Source: an uncultured Nitrososphaerales archaeon (GTDB lineage: Archaea > Thermoproteota > Nitrososphaeria > Conexivisphaerales > Conexivisphaeraceae). From it: DNA of 21,888 nt. Where the stretch lies: NCBI GenBank assembly GCA_964342765.1, contig CAYFFS010000021.1, forward strand, positions 1 through 21,888. The letters are read 5' to 3'. How positions within the stretch are numbered: the first letter of the stretch is position 1; the number at the start of each line of letters is the position of its first letter. The notes below the pieces were generated by a model. It was not told the DNA's origin. It ran no database searches and saw only the letters and a program-made list of their open reading frames with translations. This document shows, one piece after another, positions 6,815 to 16,062 of the stretch. The position numbers and the translations under genes are program-made.

Positions 6815-7582
6815 ATGCGCGCCATAATCATGGCGGGCGGCTTCGCGCGCAGGATGTGGCCCCTCACCCAGAGAACGCCCAAGCAGCTGCTTCCCCTCTC
6901 CGATGGGTACGTCATATTGGACCTAGTGGTCGACGGCCTGCTGGAACTCGATCTCGACGAGATAATACTGAGCGTCAACAGGAGGTTCTCGGAGGACTTC
7001 AGGGCCTGGGCATCCTCGCGCGGGCTGGACGTCCGCATGCTCGAGGAGGAGTCCATGAGGGAGGAGGAGAAGCCGGGGGCGGTGGGCGCCCTGAACGCAA
7101 TGCTGGGCTCCCTTGAGGAGGACGATTACCTGGTTGTGGCCGGCGACAACGTGAGCTCCATCAGCTACCGGGACCTGGCGTCCCTCATGAAGGGGAAGGG
7201 CGCCGCGTCGGTGGCGGTATACGACGTGGGCTCCAGGGATCTCGCGACCAGGTACGGCGTGGTGGAGCTGGGCCCCGACTCCAGGATACTGTCGCTCGTG
7301 GAGAAGCCTCGGAACCCCAGCTCCACCCTGATATCCACGGCCATCTACGCGATGCCGTGGAGGAGCCTTTCGAGGGTCCGCGAGTACGTCTCGGGGGGAG
7401 GGCCCCGCGACGCGCTCGGCCACTTCATATCCTGGCTGGTCTCGAGGGAGGATGTCTACGGGTTCAGGTTCCAGGGGTACTGGTTCGACATAGGCGGGAT
7501 CGACGAGTACAACAGGGTGCGCGACCTGTTCTCGCGCGGGCTCATAGCCAGGCCGAGGCACGTGAGGCCGGGCTCTCGATAG
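6815..7582 (+). CDS. Sugar-phosphate nucleotidyltransferase (glucose-1-phosphate thymidylyltransferase/mannose-1-phosphate guanylyltransferase family)
   Basis: MRAIIMAGGFARRMWPLTQRTPKQLLPLSDGYVI signature, VVAGDN, VEKP and WFDIGG motifs. Confidence 0.88.
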   Translation: MRAIIMAGGFARRMWPLTQRTPKQLLPLSDGYVILDLVVDGLLELDLDEIILSVNRRFSEDFRAWASSRGLDVRMLEEESMREEEKPGAVGALNAMLGSLEEDDYLVVAGDNVSSISYRDLASLMKGKGAASVAVYDVGSRDLATRYGVVELGPDSRILSLVEKPRNPSSTLISTAIYAMPWRSLSRVREYVSGGGPRDALGHFISWLVSREDVYGFRFQGYWFDIGGIDEYNRVRDLFSRGLIARPRHVRPGSR

Positions 7583-7676
7583 AACGCTCCGCTCGCCGGC
7601 TACGGTGATCTTTCCCCGATGCCGGAGTCGCGGTGCGCGCGAGGGCCCAAGGGGCTAGCGCGCCGGGCGCGCAGCA

Positions 7677-7685
7677 AGCTTATAG
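7677..7685 (+). promoter_or_regulatory. Promoter box AGCTTATAG for the DedA-like gene
   Basis: 23-31 nt upstream of in-frame GTG 7708. Confidence 0.5.
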
Positions 7686-8903
<1,218 letters not shown>

Positions 8904-8906
8904 GGT

Positions 8907-8990
8907 CCCGCCTCGGGCTTCCCGCATCCATTTGGTTTTGGGCAGCCTCCTCGAACGCACTTTATAATCCCCGGGGGCATCCGAGGCGGG
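8907..8990. repeat. 10-bp perfect inverted repeat CCCGCCTCGG ... CCGAGGCGGG flanking the acnX promoter
   Basis: Left arm 8907-8916, right arm 8981-8990, 64-nt spacer containing TTTATAAT (8961-8968). The right arm ends immediately before the TTG start at 8991. Confidence 0.7.
8961..8968 (+). promoter_or_regulatory. TATA box TTTATAAT of acnX
   Basis: 23-30 nt upstream of TTG 8991. Confidence 0.7.
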
Positions 8991-10169
8991 TTGTACCTGA
9001 CGAACGAGGAGGAGAGGGCCGCCTCAGGCGAGATGGGGGAGGCGATCGCGGCCGCCTACAGGATACTTCTGGCCGTCGGGGAGCTGCTCGGCGCCAGGAG
9101 GCTCATACGGATATCCTCGGCGCACCTTTCGGGCGTCAACTACGCGAACATAGGGGATCCCGGGCTGGAGTTCCTGGAGCGCTTCAGCTCCTCCGCCAGG
9201 GTCTCGGTCCCTACGACGGTCAATCCGTGCGGCGCCGACCTCTACGACCCCCAGCCCCACGTGCCGCGCGACTTCCTGGAGAGGCAGCGCGCGATAATGG
9301 ACGCGTACCTGAGGATGGGGTGTTCCGAGTCCTTCACGTGCGCCCCCTACGAGCTCGAGTCAAATCCCCCGCCCGGGAGCCACGTGAGCTGGGCCGAGAG
9401 CTCGGCCGCGATCTTCGCAAACTCGGAGCTGGGGCTCATCACGAACAGGGAGAGCGGTCTGAGCGCCCTCGCGGCGGCGATAGCGGGCAAGACGCCCGAG
9501 GGCGGCATGCACCTGGAGGAGAACAGGAGGCCCGGCTACGCGCTAAGGGTCGACCCGGGCGCCCTGGAGCATGGCTACATAGATTATCAGCTCGTGGCGT
9601 ACTACGCGGCCTCCAGGACCTCCGCCGACGTTATAGCGTTCGTGGGCCTGCCGCGGCCCCCTCGCTCCACGATCAAGCTCATGGCCGCGGCGGTGGGGGC
9701 CGCGGGCCCCTCCTCGATGTTCGTCTTCTCGGACTCCGTCCCCCCAGGGGTGGAGTCGGAGTCGCTCGGGCGCGACGAGCTCGCGCGCCTCAGGGAGGAG
9801 CTGGTCGGGCGGGGCCCCGTGGACCCCAGGGGGTCGATGGCGATACTCGGGTGCCCCTTCTACGGGCCCCAGGAGCTCTCGAGGCTGGGGGCAGAGCTCA
9901 GGGGGCGCAGGGCGTCGCCCAGGCTATTCGTCCAGGTCTCCCGCGCGGTGGAGCTCGCCGCCAGGGAGGCCGCGGGCGAGGTCCGCGGATCGGGGGCGAC
10001 GCTCCTGAGGTGCGCGTGCTACCCGCTCTCGCCCGCAGACGAGTGGCTCGGCGCCTCCGCCGTCTACGCCGACTCCGTCAAGGCGGTGCACTACCTCAGG
10101 AAGAGGGGCGTGAACGCCTACCTGAGGGACGCGGGGGAGATACTGAGGGCGTTCTCCCACGTCACTTGA
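8991..10169 (+). CDS. Aconitase X catalytic domain (AcnX/DUF521); likely phosphomevalonate dehydratase large subunit
   Basis: MYLTNEEERAASGEMGEAIAAAYRILLAVGELLGA..., SVPTTVNPCGADL, MGCSESFTCAPYE, SHVSWAESSAAIFANSELGLITNRESGLSALAAAIAGKTPEGGMHLEENR are AcnX hallmarks. Confidence 0.88.
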   Translation: MYLTNEEERAASGEMGEAIAAAYRILLAVGELLGARRLIRISSAHLSGVNYANIGDPGLEFLERFSSSARVSVPTTVNPCGADLYDPQPHVPRDFLERQRAIMDAYLRMGCSESFTCAPYELESNPPPGSHVSWAESSAAIFANSELGLITNRESGLSALAAAIAGKTPEGGMHLEENRRPGYALRVDPGALEHGYIDYQLVAYYAASRTSADVIAFVGLPRPPRSTIKLMAAAVGAAGPSSMFVFSDSVPPGVESESLGRDELARLREELVGRGPVDPRGSMAILGCPFYGPQELSRLGAELRGRRASPRLFVQVSRAVELAAREAAGEVRGSGATLLRCACYPLSPADEWLGASAVYADSVKAVHYLRKRGVNAYLRDAGEILRAFSHVT

Positions 10170-11916
10170 CGGTCACGGACTTCGCCAGGTTCCTTGGGCG
10201 GTCTATCTCGGCCCCCCTGGCCAGGGCCAGGTGGTAGGCCAGGAGCTGGAGGGGGATCGCCTCCACGATCGGCAGCTCGACGCCCCTGGCCTCCGGTATG
10301 CGAAGGTGCACGTCGTAGAGGTCGCTTTCCACGTCGGATATCCCTATTATGAAGGCGCCCCTGGCCTTCATCTCCTCGCCGTTCGAGGCGGTGTCCGAGT
10401 GCGTGTCGTCGCCCGGGTTTATCAGGACCACCGGGGTTCCGTCCTCTATCATCGCGAGCGTCCCGTGCTTCAGCTCGCCCGCCGCGAGCCCCTCAGCGTG
10501 CACGTACGCGAGCTCCTTGACCTTGAGGGCCCCCTCGAGCGCGAGCGGGTAGTGCACCCCCCTGCCGACCAGGTACAGATCGTCGGAGCCCTTCAGCCTG
10601 TTCCCCAGCTCCCTGGCCGCGGGCTCCAGCCTGAGGGCCTCGGAGACCAGGCGCCTGGCCCTCTCCGGATCCGGGAGGGGGCGCCCCGCCATCCTGAGGG
10701 CGATCATCGAGAGGGTCGCCAGCTGGGCGGTGAAGCTCTTGGTGGCGGCAACGCCGACCTCGGGCCCCGCGCGCACGTTGACGCTGAGGTCCCCCTCCCT
10801 CTCGAGGCTCGAGTGAGGCACGTTGACGACGGAGATTATCCTGGCCCCCCTGGACTTGGCCGCCCTTACGGCCTCGAGGACGTCCGCGGTCTCGCCGCTC
10901 TGGCTTATCGCGAGCACCACGCTCCCGGGCCCCATCCACCTGAGGAAGAGGCCGTGCTCGCTCGCCAGCACGGGCTGGACGTCCAAGCCCGCGACGTCCG
11001 CGAACACGTAGCGTGCGACGAGAGCTGCGTGGTAGCTGGTCCCCGCCCCCACCGCGAACACCTGGGAGGCCTCCGAGATCGCGCGGGCCGCCTCGTCGAC
11101 CTCCGGGCGGGGGGCGAGGGCCCTGGCCACGACCTCCGGCTGCTCCATTATCTCGCGGAACGTGTGGTGGGCGTACGCGCCTGCGTCGGGCTCCGACATC
11201 TCGAACGCCACCTTCACGGGCCTCACCTCGAGCGGGGTGCCGTCGAGGAGCGCCGCCCTCACCTCGCCGGGCCTCAGGACAGCTACGCTCCCGTTCTCCA
11301 GGAAGTACGCATCGTCCGTCCACTCTATGAACGCGTAGACGTCGCTCGAGGCGTAGACCGCGCCCTTGGCCAGCCCCACGACGAGCGGGGAATCCTTGCG
11401 CGCTGCCAGCAGCGCGTCCCCGAGGGCGGGGCCCGCGGCAAGGAACGCGTAGGACCCCCTGAGCTCCCTGCAGACCGCCAATAGGGCCTGGAGGGGGTCC
11501 TCGAAGGACCTGAGCGCGTCCTCCAGCATGTGGGCTATGACCTCGCTGTCCGTGTCGCTCCTGAACCTGTGGCCCCTGGCCTCCAGCTCCTCCCTGAGCT
11601 CCCTGTAGTTCTCTATTATCCCGTTGTGGACCACGGCTATCCTGCCGTCGCACGAGGCGTGCGGGTGGGCGTTCTCGTCCGTCACCTTGCCGTGTGTTGC
11701 CCAGCGTGTGTGCGCGATGCCGGTGCTCCCCCTGAGCGCCCTCACGTACGGCTCTATCGAGTCCACCCTGCCCGCGCGCTTCACTATCGCCATGGAGTCG
11801 CCGTCCACGACCGCGACGCCGGCTGAGTCGTAGCCGCGGTACTCCAGCCTCCTCAGCCCCTTCGTCAGCACCTCCGCCGCCTCGCACCTGCCGGTGCACC
11901 CTATTATGCCACACAC
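10162..11916 (-). CDS. glmS: Glutamine--fructose-6-phosphate aminotransferase (isomerizing)
   Basis: 584 aa, MCGIIGCTGRCEAAEVLTKGLRRLEYRGYDSAG..., two SIS domains, C-terminus ...NLAKSVTVK. Confidence 0.96.
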   Translation of the reverse strand: MCGIIGCTGRCEAAEVLTKGLRRLEYRGYDSAGVAVVDGDSMAIVKRAGRVDSIEPYVRALRGSTGIAHTRWATHGKVTDENAHPHASCDGRIAVVHNGIIENYRELREELEARGHRFRSDTDSEVIAHMLEDALRSFEDPLQALLAVCRELRGSYAFLAAGPALGDALLAARKDSPLVVGLAKGAVYASSDVYAFIEWTDDAYFLENGSVAVLRPGEVRAALLDGTPLEVRPVKVAFEMSEPDAGAYAHHTFREIMEQPEVVARALAPRPEVDEAARAISEASQVFAVGAGTSYHAALVARYVFADVAGLDVQPVLASEHGLFLRWMGPGSVVLAISQSGETADVLEAVRAAKSRGARIISVVNVPHSSLEREGDLSVNVRAGPEVGVAATKSFTAQLATLSMIALRMAGRPLPDPERARRLVSEALRLEPAARELGNRLKGSDDLYLVGRGVHYPLALEGALKVKELAYVHAEGLAAGELKHGTLAMIEDGTPVVLINPGDDTHSDTASNGEEMKARGAFIIGISDVESDLYDVHLRIPEARGVELPIVEAIPLQLLAYHLALARGAEIDRPRNLAKSVTVK

Positions 11917-11930
11917 GGAGGCTCAGCTCG

Positions 11931-11961
11931 CGCGGATCTATTTAAGGCGCCCTGATCCGCG
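11931..11961. promoter_or_regulatory. 8-bp perfect inverted repeat CGCGGATC-N15-GATCCGCG around the glmS TATA box
   Basis: Arms 11931-11938 and 11954-11961; the spacer contains TATTTAA (11939-11945), about 25 nt upstream of the glmS start at 11916. Confidence 0.5.
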
Positions 11962-12023
11962 GCCAATAACGTTACAACCTATCTCGTAACGGTTGGTCTC
12001 CGGCGATGGGGCGTCCGCGAAAT

Positions 12024-12032
12024 CCATTATAA
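12024..12032 (+). promoter_or_regulatory. TATA box (CATTATAAC region) of the winged-helix/S-layer-like gene
   Basis: Located 22-30 nt upstream of GTG 12054. Confidence 0.6.
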
Positions 12033-12053
12033 CCTGTTTCGTCATGGTCCTTC

Positions 12054-13043
12054 GTGGCTCGCGAGGGGCTGCTCGAGGTTGGCGGGGGCGTCGCAAGGGT
12101 GGCGGTCTTCGGGCCGGAGGGGGAGCCGCCGCAGCTCGGCGGCCCTGCGCTCAGGATACTCGGCGCCCTGAGGGAGAGGCCCATGTACCCCAGGGAGCTC
12201 GCCAGGGAGCTCGGAATCGACGAGCAGTCCGTGTACTACCACGTGAGGAGGCTGGAGGCGCTCGGGCTGATACGCCCGGTCGGCAGCGTCCGCGTGAGGG
12301 GCGCGCAGGCGCGCGTCTACTCGACCCCATACGACGGCTACTCGCAGCTGCTGCCTGGCGCCTCGCTCGCCGCGCGCGAGCCCAGGAGGAGGCCGCCCGA
12401 GAAGCTCCTCTCCTTCTTCTACGAGTTCGTCCGCGACGGGGTCCTGGACGCGACGTTCGTCGTGGGCTCCCCGGAGCCGCACGGGCCGTTCAGGGCGGCC
12501 GCCCGCGACGGCCACTACGCTGTGCAGCTGGCGCTCGCGCTCGGCTCCATAGCGTCGCCCCCGCCGGCGTTCGCCGTGAAGCTGGACGTGGACGTGCGCG
12601 CCGAGAGGTCGTACGACTCCAACATGATAATCGTGGGCGGCCCCGGGACGAACCTCCTGGCCTCCGAGCTCAACCCGCACCTGCCCGTCAGGTTCCACGA
12701 GGAGAACTACTGGCGCGGGCTGGTGGACGACGAGGGCAGGACGTTCGACCAGCCCACGGACGCCCTGATAGCTAAGGTGCCAAGCCCCTTCAGCCCCGGC
12801 AGGTACGTGGTCCTGGTGGCAGGCGTCAGGCACGTGGGGACGAAGTCGGCCGTCCTGGCCCTCAGCACTGACCACGAGAGGATACTTGGGGCCTACAGGG
12901 GGATACCCTTCGCCGTCGTGGTCAGGGGGTACGACGCTGACGGCGACGGCAAGGTGGACGAGGTGGAGCCCCTTCGCTACTACGGCGGCCGAGGCCCATC
13001 CCCTGCCGATGGGGGCGCCCCTCGGCGGGGCGATAAAGGTTAA
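12054..13043 (+). CDS. Winged-helix (ArsR-type) protein with C-terminal S-layer-like region
   Basis: N-terminal HTH: RILGALRERPMYPRELARELGIDEQSVYYHVRRLEALGLIRPVG. C-terminal DSNMIIVGGPGTNLLASELNPHLPVRF...RYVVLVAGVRHVGTKSAVLAL...GYDADGDGKVDEVEPL resembles archaeal S-layer family C-terminal regions. Confidence 0.85.
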   Translation: MAREGLLEVGGGVARVAVFGPEGEPPQLGGPALRILGALRERPMYPRELARELGIDEQSVYYHVRRLEALGLIRPVGSVRVRGAQARVYSTPYDGYSQLLPGASLAAREPRRRPPEKLLSFFYEFVRDGVLDATFVVGSPEPHGPFRAAARDGHYAVQLALALGSIASPPPAFAVKLDVDVRAERSYDSNMIIVGGPGTNLLASELNPHLPVRFHEENYWRGLVDDEGRTFDQPTDALIAKVPSPFSPGRYVVLVAGVRHVGTKSAVLALSTDHERILGAYRGIPFAVVVRGYDADGDGKVDEVEPLRYYGGRGPSPADGGAPRRGDKG

Positions 13044-13046
13044 ATT
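13038..13046 (+). promoter_or_regulatory. TATA box GGTTAAATT of the S13 operon, overlapping the upstream stop codon
   Basis: Box overlaps TAA 13041-13043 of the preceding gene; 31-39 nt upstream of TTG 13077. Confidence 0.5.
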
Positions 13047-13052
13047 CAGGCC

Positions 13053-13553
13053 GTGCGGCGACCGGCCGTCGCGGGCTTGTCCGAGGCTAAGTCGATAGTG
13101 AGGCTGGCGGGGAGGGACCTGGACGGGAACAAGAACGTAGTCGCGGCGCTGAAGGACATCAAGGGGGTTGGGCTCGTCCTGGCGCAGGCGATCCTCAACC
13201 ACCTCAGGATAGGCACCAACCTGCGCCTGGGCCAGCTGAGCGAGGGCCAGATATCCGCGATAGAGAGGGTGCTCAGGAACCCCGCGGCCGTCGGCCTTCC
13301 GCCCTGGCTCCTGAACAGGAGGAAGGACCCCGAGACCGGGAAGGACCTCCACGTGATAGAGTCCGACCTCGAGTTCGCGGTCAAGATGGACATAGAGCGC
13401 GAGAAGAGGGTCGGCAGCTGGAGGGGCGTGAGGCACGCCCTGGGCCTCAAGGTCAGGGGGCAGAGGACCAGGACGACCGGCAGGAAGGGCAAGACGGTCG
13501 GCGTGAGGAAGAGGGCGGGCGCTGCCCCCGCCCAGGGCCAGCAGGGGCAGTGA
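13053..13553 (+). CDS. rps13: Small ribosomal subunit protein uS13
   Basis: FRHIVR-like SEAKSIVRLAGRDLDGNKNVVAALKDIKGVGLVLAQAI..., HALGLKVRGQRTRTTGRKGKTVGV. The real start may be TTG 13077. Confidence 0.94.
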   Translation: MRRPAVAGLSEAKSIVRLAGRDLDGNKNVVAALKDIKGVGLVLAQAILNHLRIGTNLRLGQLSEGQISAIERVLRNPAAVGLPPWLLNRRKDPETGKDLHVIESDLEFAVKMDIEREKRVGSWRGVRHALGLKVRGQRTRTTGRKGKTVGVRKRAGAAPAQGQQGQ

Positions 13554-13564
13554 GGTGATGCGGC

Positions 13565-14074
13565 TTGGGGGACCCTAAGAAGCCCAAGAAGAAGTACACG
13601 ACCCCGAACAGGCCGTGGGACGCCGAGAGGCTCCAGAGGGAGGTGTACCTGCTCGGCACCTACGGGCTCAGGAACAAGAGGGAGCTGTGGAGGGCCCAGA
13701 CGATGCTCTCCAAGATAAGGGCCCAGGCGAGGGGCCTCCTGGCGGCCCCGCCCGAGGTCAGGAACAGGCAGGAGCCCCTGCTGATATCGAGGCTCGTGAG
13801 GCTCGGGCTCCTGAAGGAGGGCTCCACCCTCGACGACGTCCTGAGCCTCAAGGTGGAGGACATACTTGAGAGGAGGCTCCAGACCATCGTCTGGAGGAAG
13901 GGCTTCGCCCGCACGATCCACCAGGCCCGCCAGCTCGTGGTCCACGGCCACGTGTACGTGCGCGGCAGGGTCGTGGATCGCCCGGGGTACCTCGTGCCCC
14001 GCGACGAGGAGAACTCGATATACGTGGAGCTCGCGGCCCCCACCGCGCCCCAGGCCGGCGAGGTGAGCGCGTGA
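13565..14074 (+). CDS. rps4: Small ribosomal subunit protein uS4
   Basis: [45 protein letters not shown]..., S4 domain [31 protein letters not shown]. Confidence 0.96.
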   Translation: MGDPKKPKKKYTTPNRPWDAERLQREVYLLGTYGLRNKRELWRAQTMLSKIRAQARGLLAAPPEVRNRQEPLLISRLVRLGLLKEGSTLDDVLSLKVEDILERRLQTIVWRKGFARTIHQARQLVVHGHVYVRGRVVDRPGYLVPRDEENSIYVELAAPTAPQAGEVSA

Positions 14075-14484
14075 TGTCCTCGGAGCAGGGCAAGCAGGAG
14101 CAGGACAAATGGGGGGTCGCGCACATCTACAGCAGCTTCAACAACACTATAGTGCACATAACGGATCTCTCTGGTGCGGAGACGATAGCGATAAGCAGCG
14201 GCGGCCAGCACGTGGATGCCGACAGGCTGGAGGGCTCGCCCTACGCCGCGATGAAGGCCGCGCAGGCCGCGGCCGAGGTCGCGAAGGCGAAGGGGATAAC
14301 CGCGCTGCACATAAAGGTCAGGGGGGTCGGGGGCACCGGGCCCAGGACCCCCGGGCCGGGGGCGCAGGCAGCGATAAGGGCGCTCGTCAGGGCGGGCTTC
14401 AAGATAGGCAGGATAGAGGACGTGACCCCCATACCCCATGACACGACTAGGAAGCCGGGAGGAAGAAGGGGAAGGAGGGCGTGA
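14071..14484 (+). CDS. rps11: Small ribosomal subunit protein uS11
   Basis: [32 protein letters not shown]..., [43 protein letters not shown]. Confidence 0.96.
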   Translation: MMSSEQGKQEQDKWGVAHIYSSFNNTIVHITDLSGAETIAISSGGQHVDADRLEGSPYAAMKAAQAAAEVAKAKGITALHIKVRGVGGTGPRTPGPGAQAAIRALVRAGFKIGRIEDVTPIPHDTTRKPGGRRGRRA

Positions 14485-15277
14485 TGTCCGCGGCCCCCGA
14501 GGTAACAATCCTGGAGGAGGACCGCCTGAGCCTCAAGGTCAGGCTGCGCGGCGTGCCACTCGAGTACGCGAACGCCCTGCGCCGCTTCATGATATCGGAG
14601 GTCCCCACGCTCGCGATAGACAGCATAGCGGTCCTGGACAACACGTCCCCCGTCTACGACGAGGTCCTCGCGCACAGGCTGGGGCTGATACCCCTGAGGG
14701 GCGACCCCTACAAGTACTCCGGGGACTGCGGGGGTTCGCCCTGCCAGGTCCTCCTAGTGCTGGACGCCAAGGCCGAGGGGGAGCCCAGGACCGTGCTCTC
14801 GGGGGAGCTGGCGTCCGAGGACAAGGAGGTGGCGCCGATATCCCCGAACATACCCATAGCGAAGCTGGCGCCGGGGCAGAGGATAAGGCTCGAGGCGTAC
14901 GCGAGGGTCGGAAGGGGGAAGGAGCACGCCAAGTGGCAGCCCGTCTCCGTGTCCGTGCTGAAGCCGTACCCGCACGTCAAGCTTCTGGACCCGAGGTCAA
15001 AGTGCGCGAGGGAGGCGGCCGAGGCGTGCCTTCCGAAGGTCCTGAAGTACTCGGGGGATTCGCTGACCGTGGAGGGGGAGCACAGGTGCAGGCTGTGCAT
15101 GGACTGCGTCAGGGCGTGCCCCGACGCGGTCAAGGTAGAGGAGCTCGAGGACGACCACATAATATATTTGGAGAGCGTCGGCGCCCTCGAGCCCAGGAGG
15201 ATAATTTATATGGCGGCCAAGGAGCTCCTCGCGCAGCTGGAGGAGCTTTCGAGGCAGGTGGAGGCGCTTGGCAATGA
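14481..15277 (+). CDS. rpo3: DNA-directed RNA polymerase subunit Rpo3 (RpoD); functional end near 15277, frame formally open to 15665
   Basis: Homologous-looking sequence from [42 protein letters not shown] to [24 protein letters not shown]. Includes the ferredoxin-like insert [12 protein letters not shown]. No in-frame stop occurs until 15665. The end given here assumes the TGA at 15275-15277, which is in the -1 frame. Confidence 0.85.
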
Positions 15278-15627
15278 GCGAGGTCTCCAGGCGCGCGGCC
15301 GAGAGGGCATTGAGGAGGGCCTACAGGGAGACGGGCAGGCCCATATGGAGGGCGCTGCGCGACGCGATAAGGAGGACGAGCCGCTCCAGGATGGTCAGGG
15401 TCAACGTCGGGAAGATAAACAGGCTGGCTTCCGACGGGGACGTGGTGGTGGTCCCCGGGAAGGTCCTGGGGATGGGGGCCGTCGACAAGAGGCTGACGGT
15501 CGCGGCCCTTGCCTTCTCCGCGGAGGCCAGGAGGAAGATAGAGTCCGCGGGCGGGAGGGCTATGTCCCTGGAGGAGCTCGCCTCCTCCCAGGCCAACGTG
15601 AAGGGGGTGAGGCTGATTGGCGGCTGA
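15274..15627 (+). CDS. rpl18e: Large ribosomal subunit protein eL18
   Basis: [82 protein letters not shown]; ATG 15274 preferred to TTG 15268 because it gives an ATGA overlap. Confidence 0.93.
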   Translation: MSEVSRRAAERALRRAYRETGRPIWRALRDAIRRTSRSRMVRVNVGKINRLASDGDVVVVPGKVLGMGAVDKRLTVAALAFSAEARRKIESAGGRAMSLEELASSQANVKGVRLIGG

Positions 15628-16057
15628 GGACCGCGTGGTCGTCGTGGACGCCGAGGGGCAGGTGATGGGGAGGCTCGCCTCGAAGGTCGCGAAGATGCTC
15701 CTCGAGGGGTACTCGGTCCACGTGGTCAACGCGCCCGGCGCGCTGATATCGGGGGCCAGGCGCAGCGTGATAGAGGAGTGGAAGAGGTTCCTGGAGGTGG
15801 GCAGCATCGTCAACCCCGAGCACGGCCCCTATCACCACCGCCGCCCCGACACGATATTGAAGGACGTCATCCGCGGGATGCTCCCAAGGCAGAAGCCGAG
15901 GGGGAGGGAGGCCCTGAGGAGGCTCAGGGTCTACAACGATTACCCTGAGGAGCTCAAGGGCGTGCAGGCGATGAGGTTCGAGGAGGCCGAGCCGAGGAGG
16001 CCGCGCCTTTATTACATAACCCTGGGGGAGCTGGCGCGCGAGCTGGGATGGAGGTGA
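15617..16057 (+). CDS. rpl13: Large ribosomal subunit protein uL13
   Basis: VVVVDAEGQVMGRLASKVAKMLLEGYSVHVVNAPGALISG..., GPYHHRRPDTILKDVIRGMLPRQKPRGREALRRLRVYNDYP. Confidence 0.95.
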   Translation: MAAEDRVVVVDAEGQVMGRLASKVAKMLLEGYSVHVVNAPGALISGARRSVIEEWKRFLEVGSIVNPEHGPYHHRRPDTILKDVIRGMLPRQKPRGREALRRLRVYNDYPEELKGVQAMRFEEAEPRRPRLYYITLGELARELGWR

Positions 16058-16062
16058 GGTAG

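Noticed and set aside
10493-11914. 473-aa minus ORF and 417-aa + ORF (10231..11484) over glmS
   Set aside because: Both overlap the clear glmS gene and have shadow-type composition.
12900-13020. EF-hand protein or calcium sensor call from DADGDGKVDE
   Set aside because: Single partial motif at the C-terminus; insufficient to name the protein as a calcium-binding regulator.
12042-13436. 464-aa minus-strand ORF
   Set aside because: Antisense to the winged-helix gene and uS13; no family signature.
15278-15665. A genuine C-terminal extension domain on Rpo3
   Set aside because: Sequence is the off-frame read of eL18/uL13 and has shadow composition. It is kept only as a finding about the missing stop.
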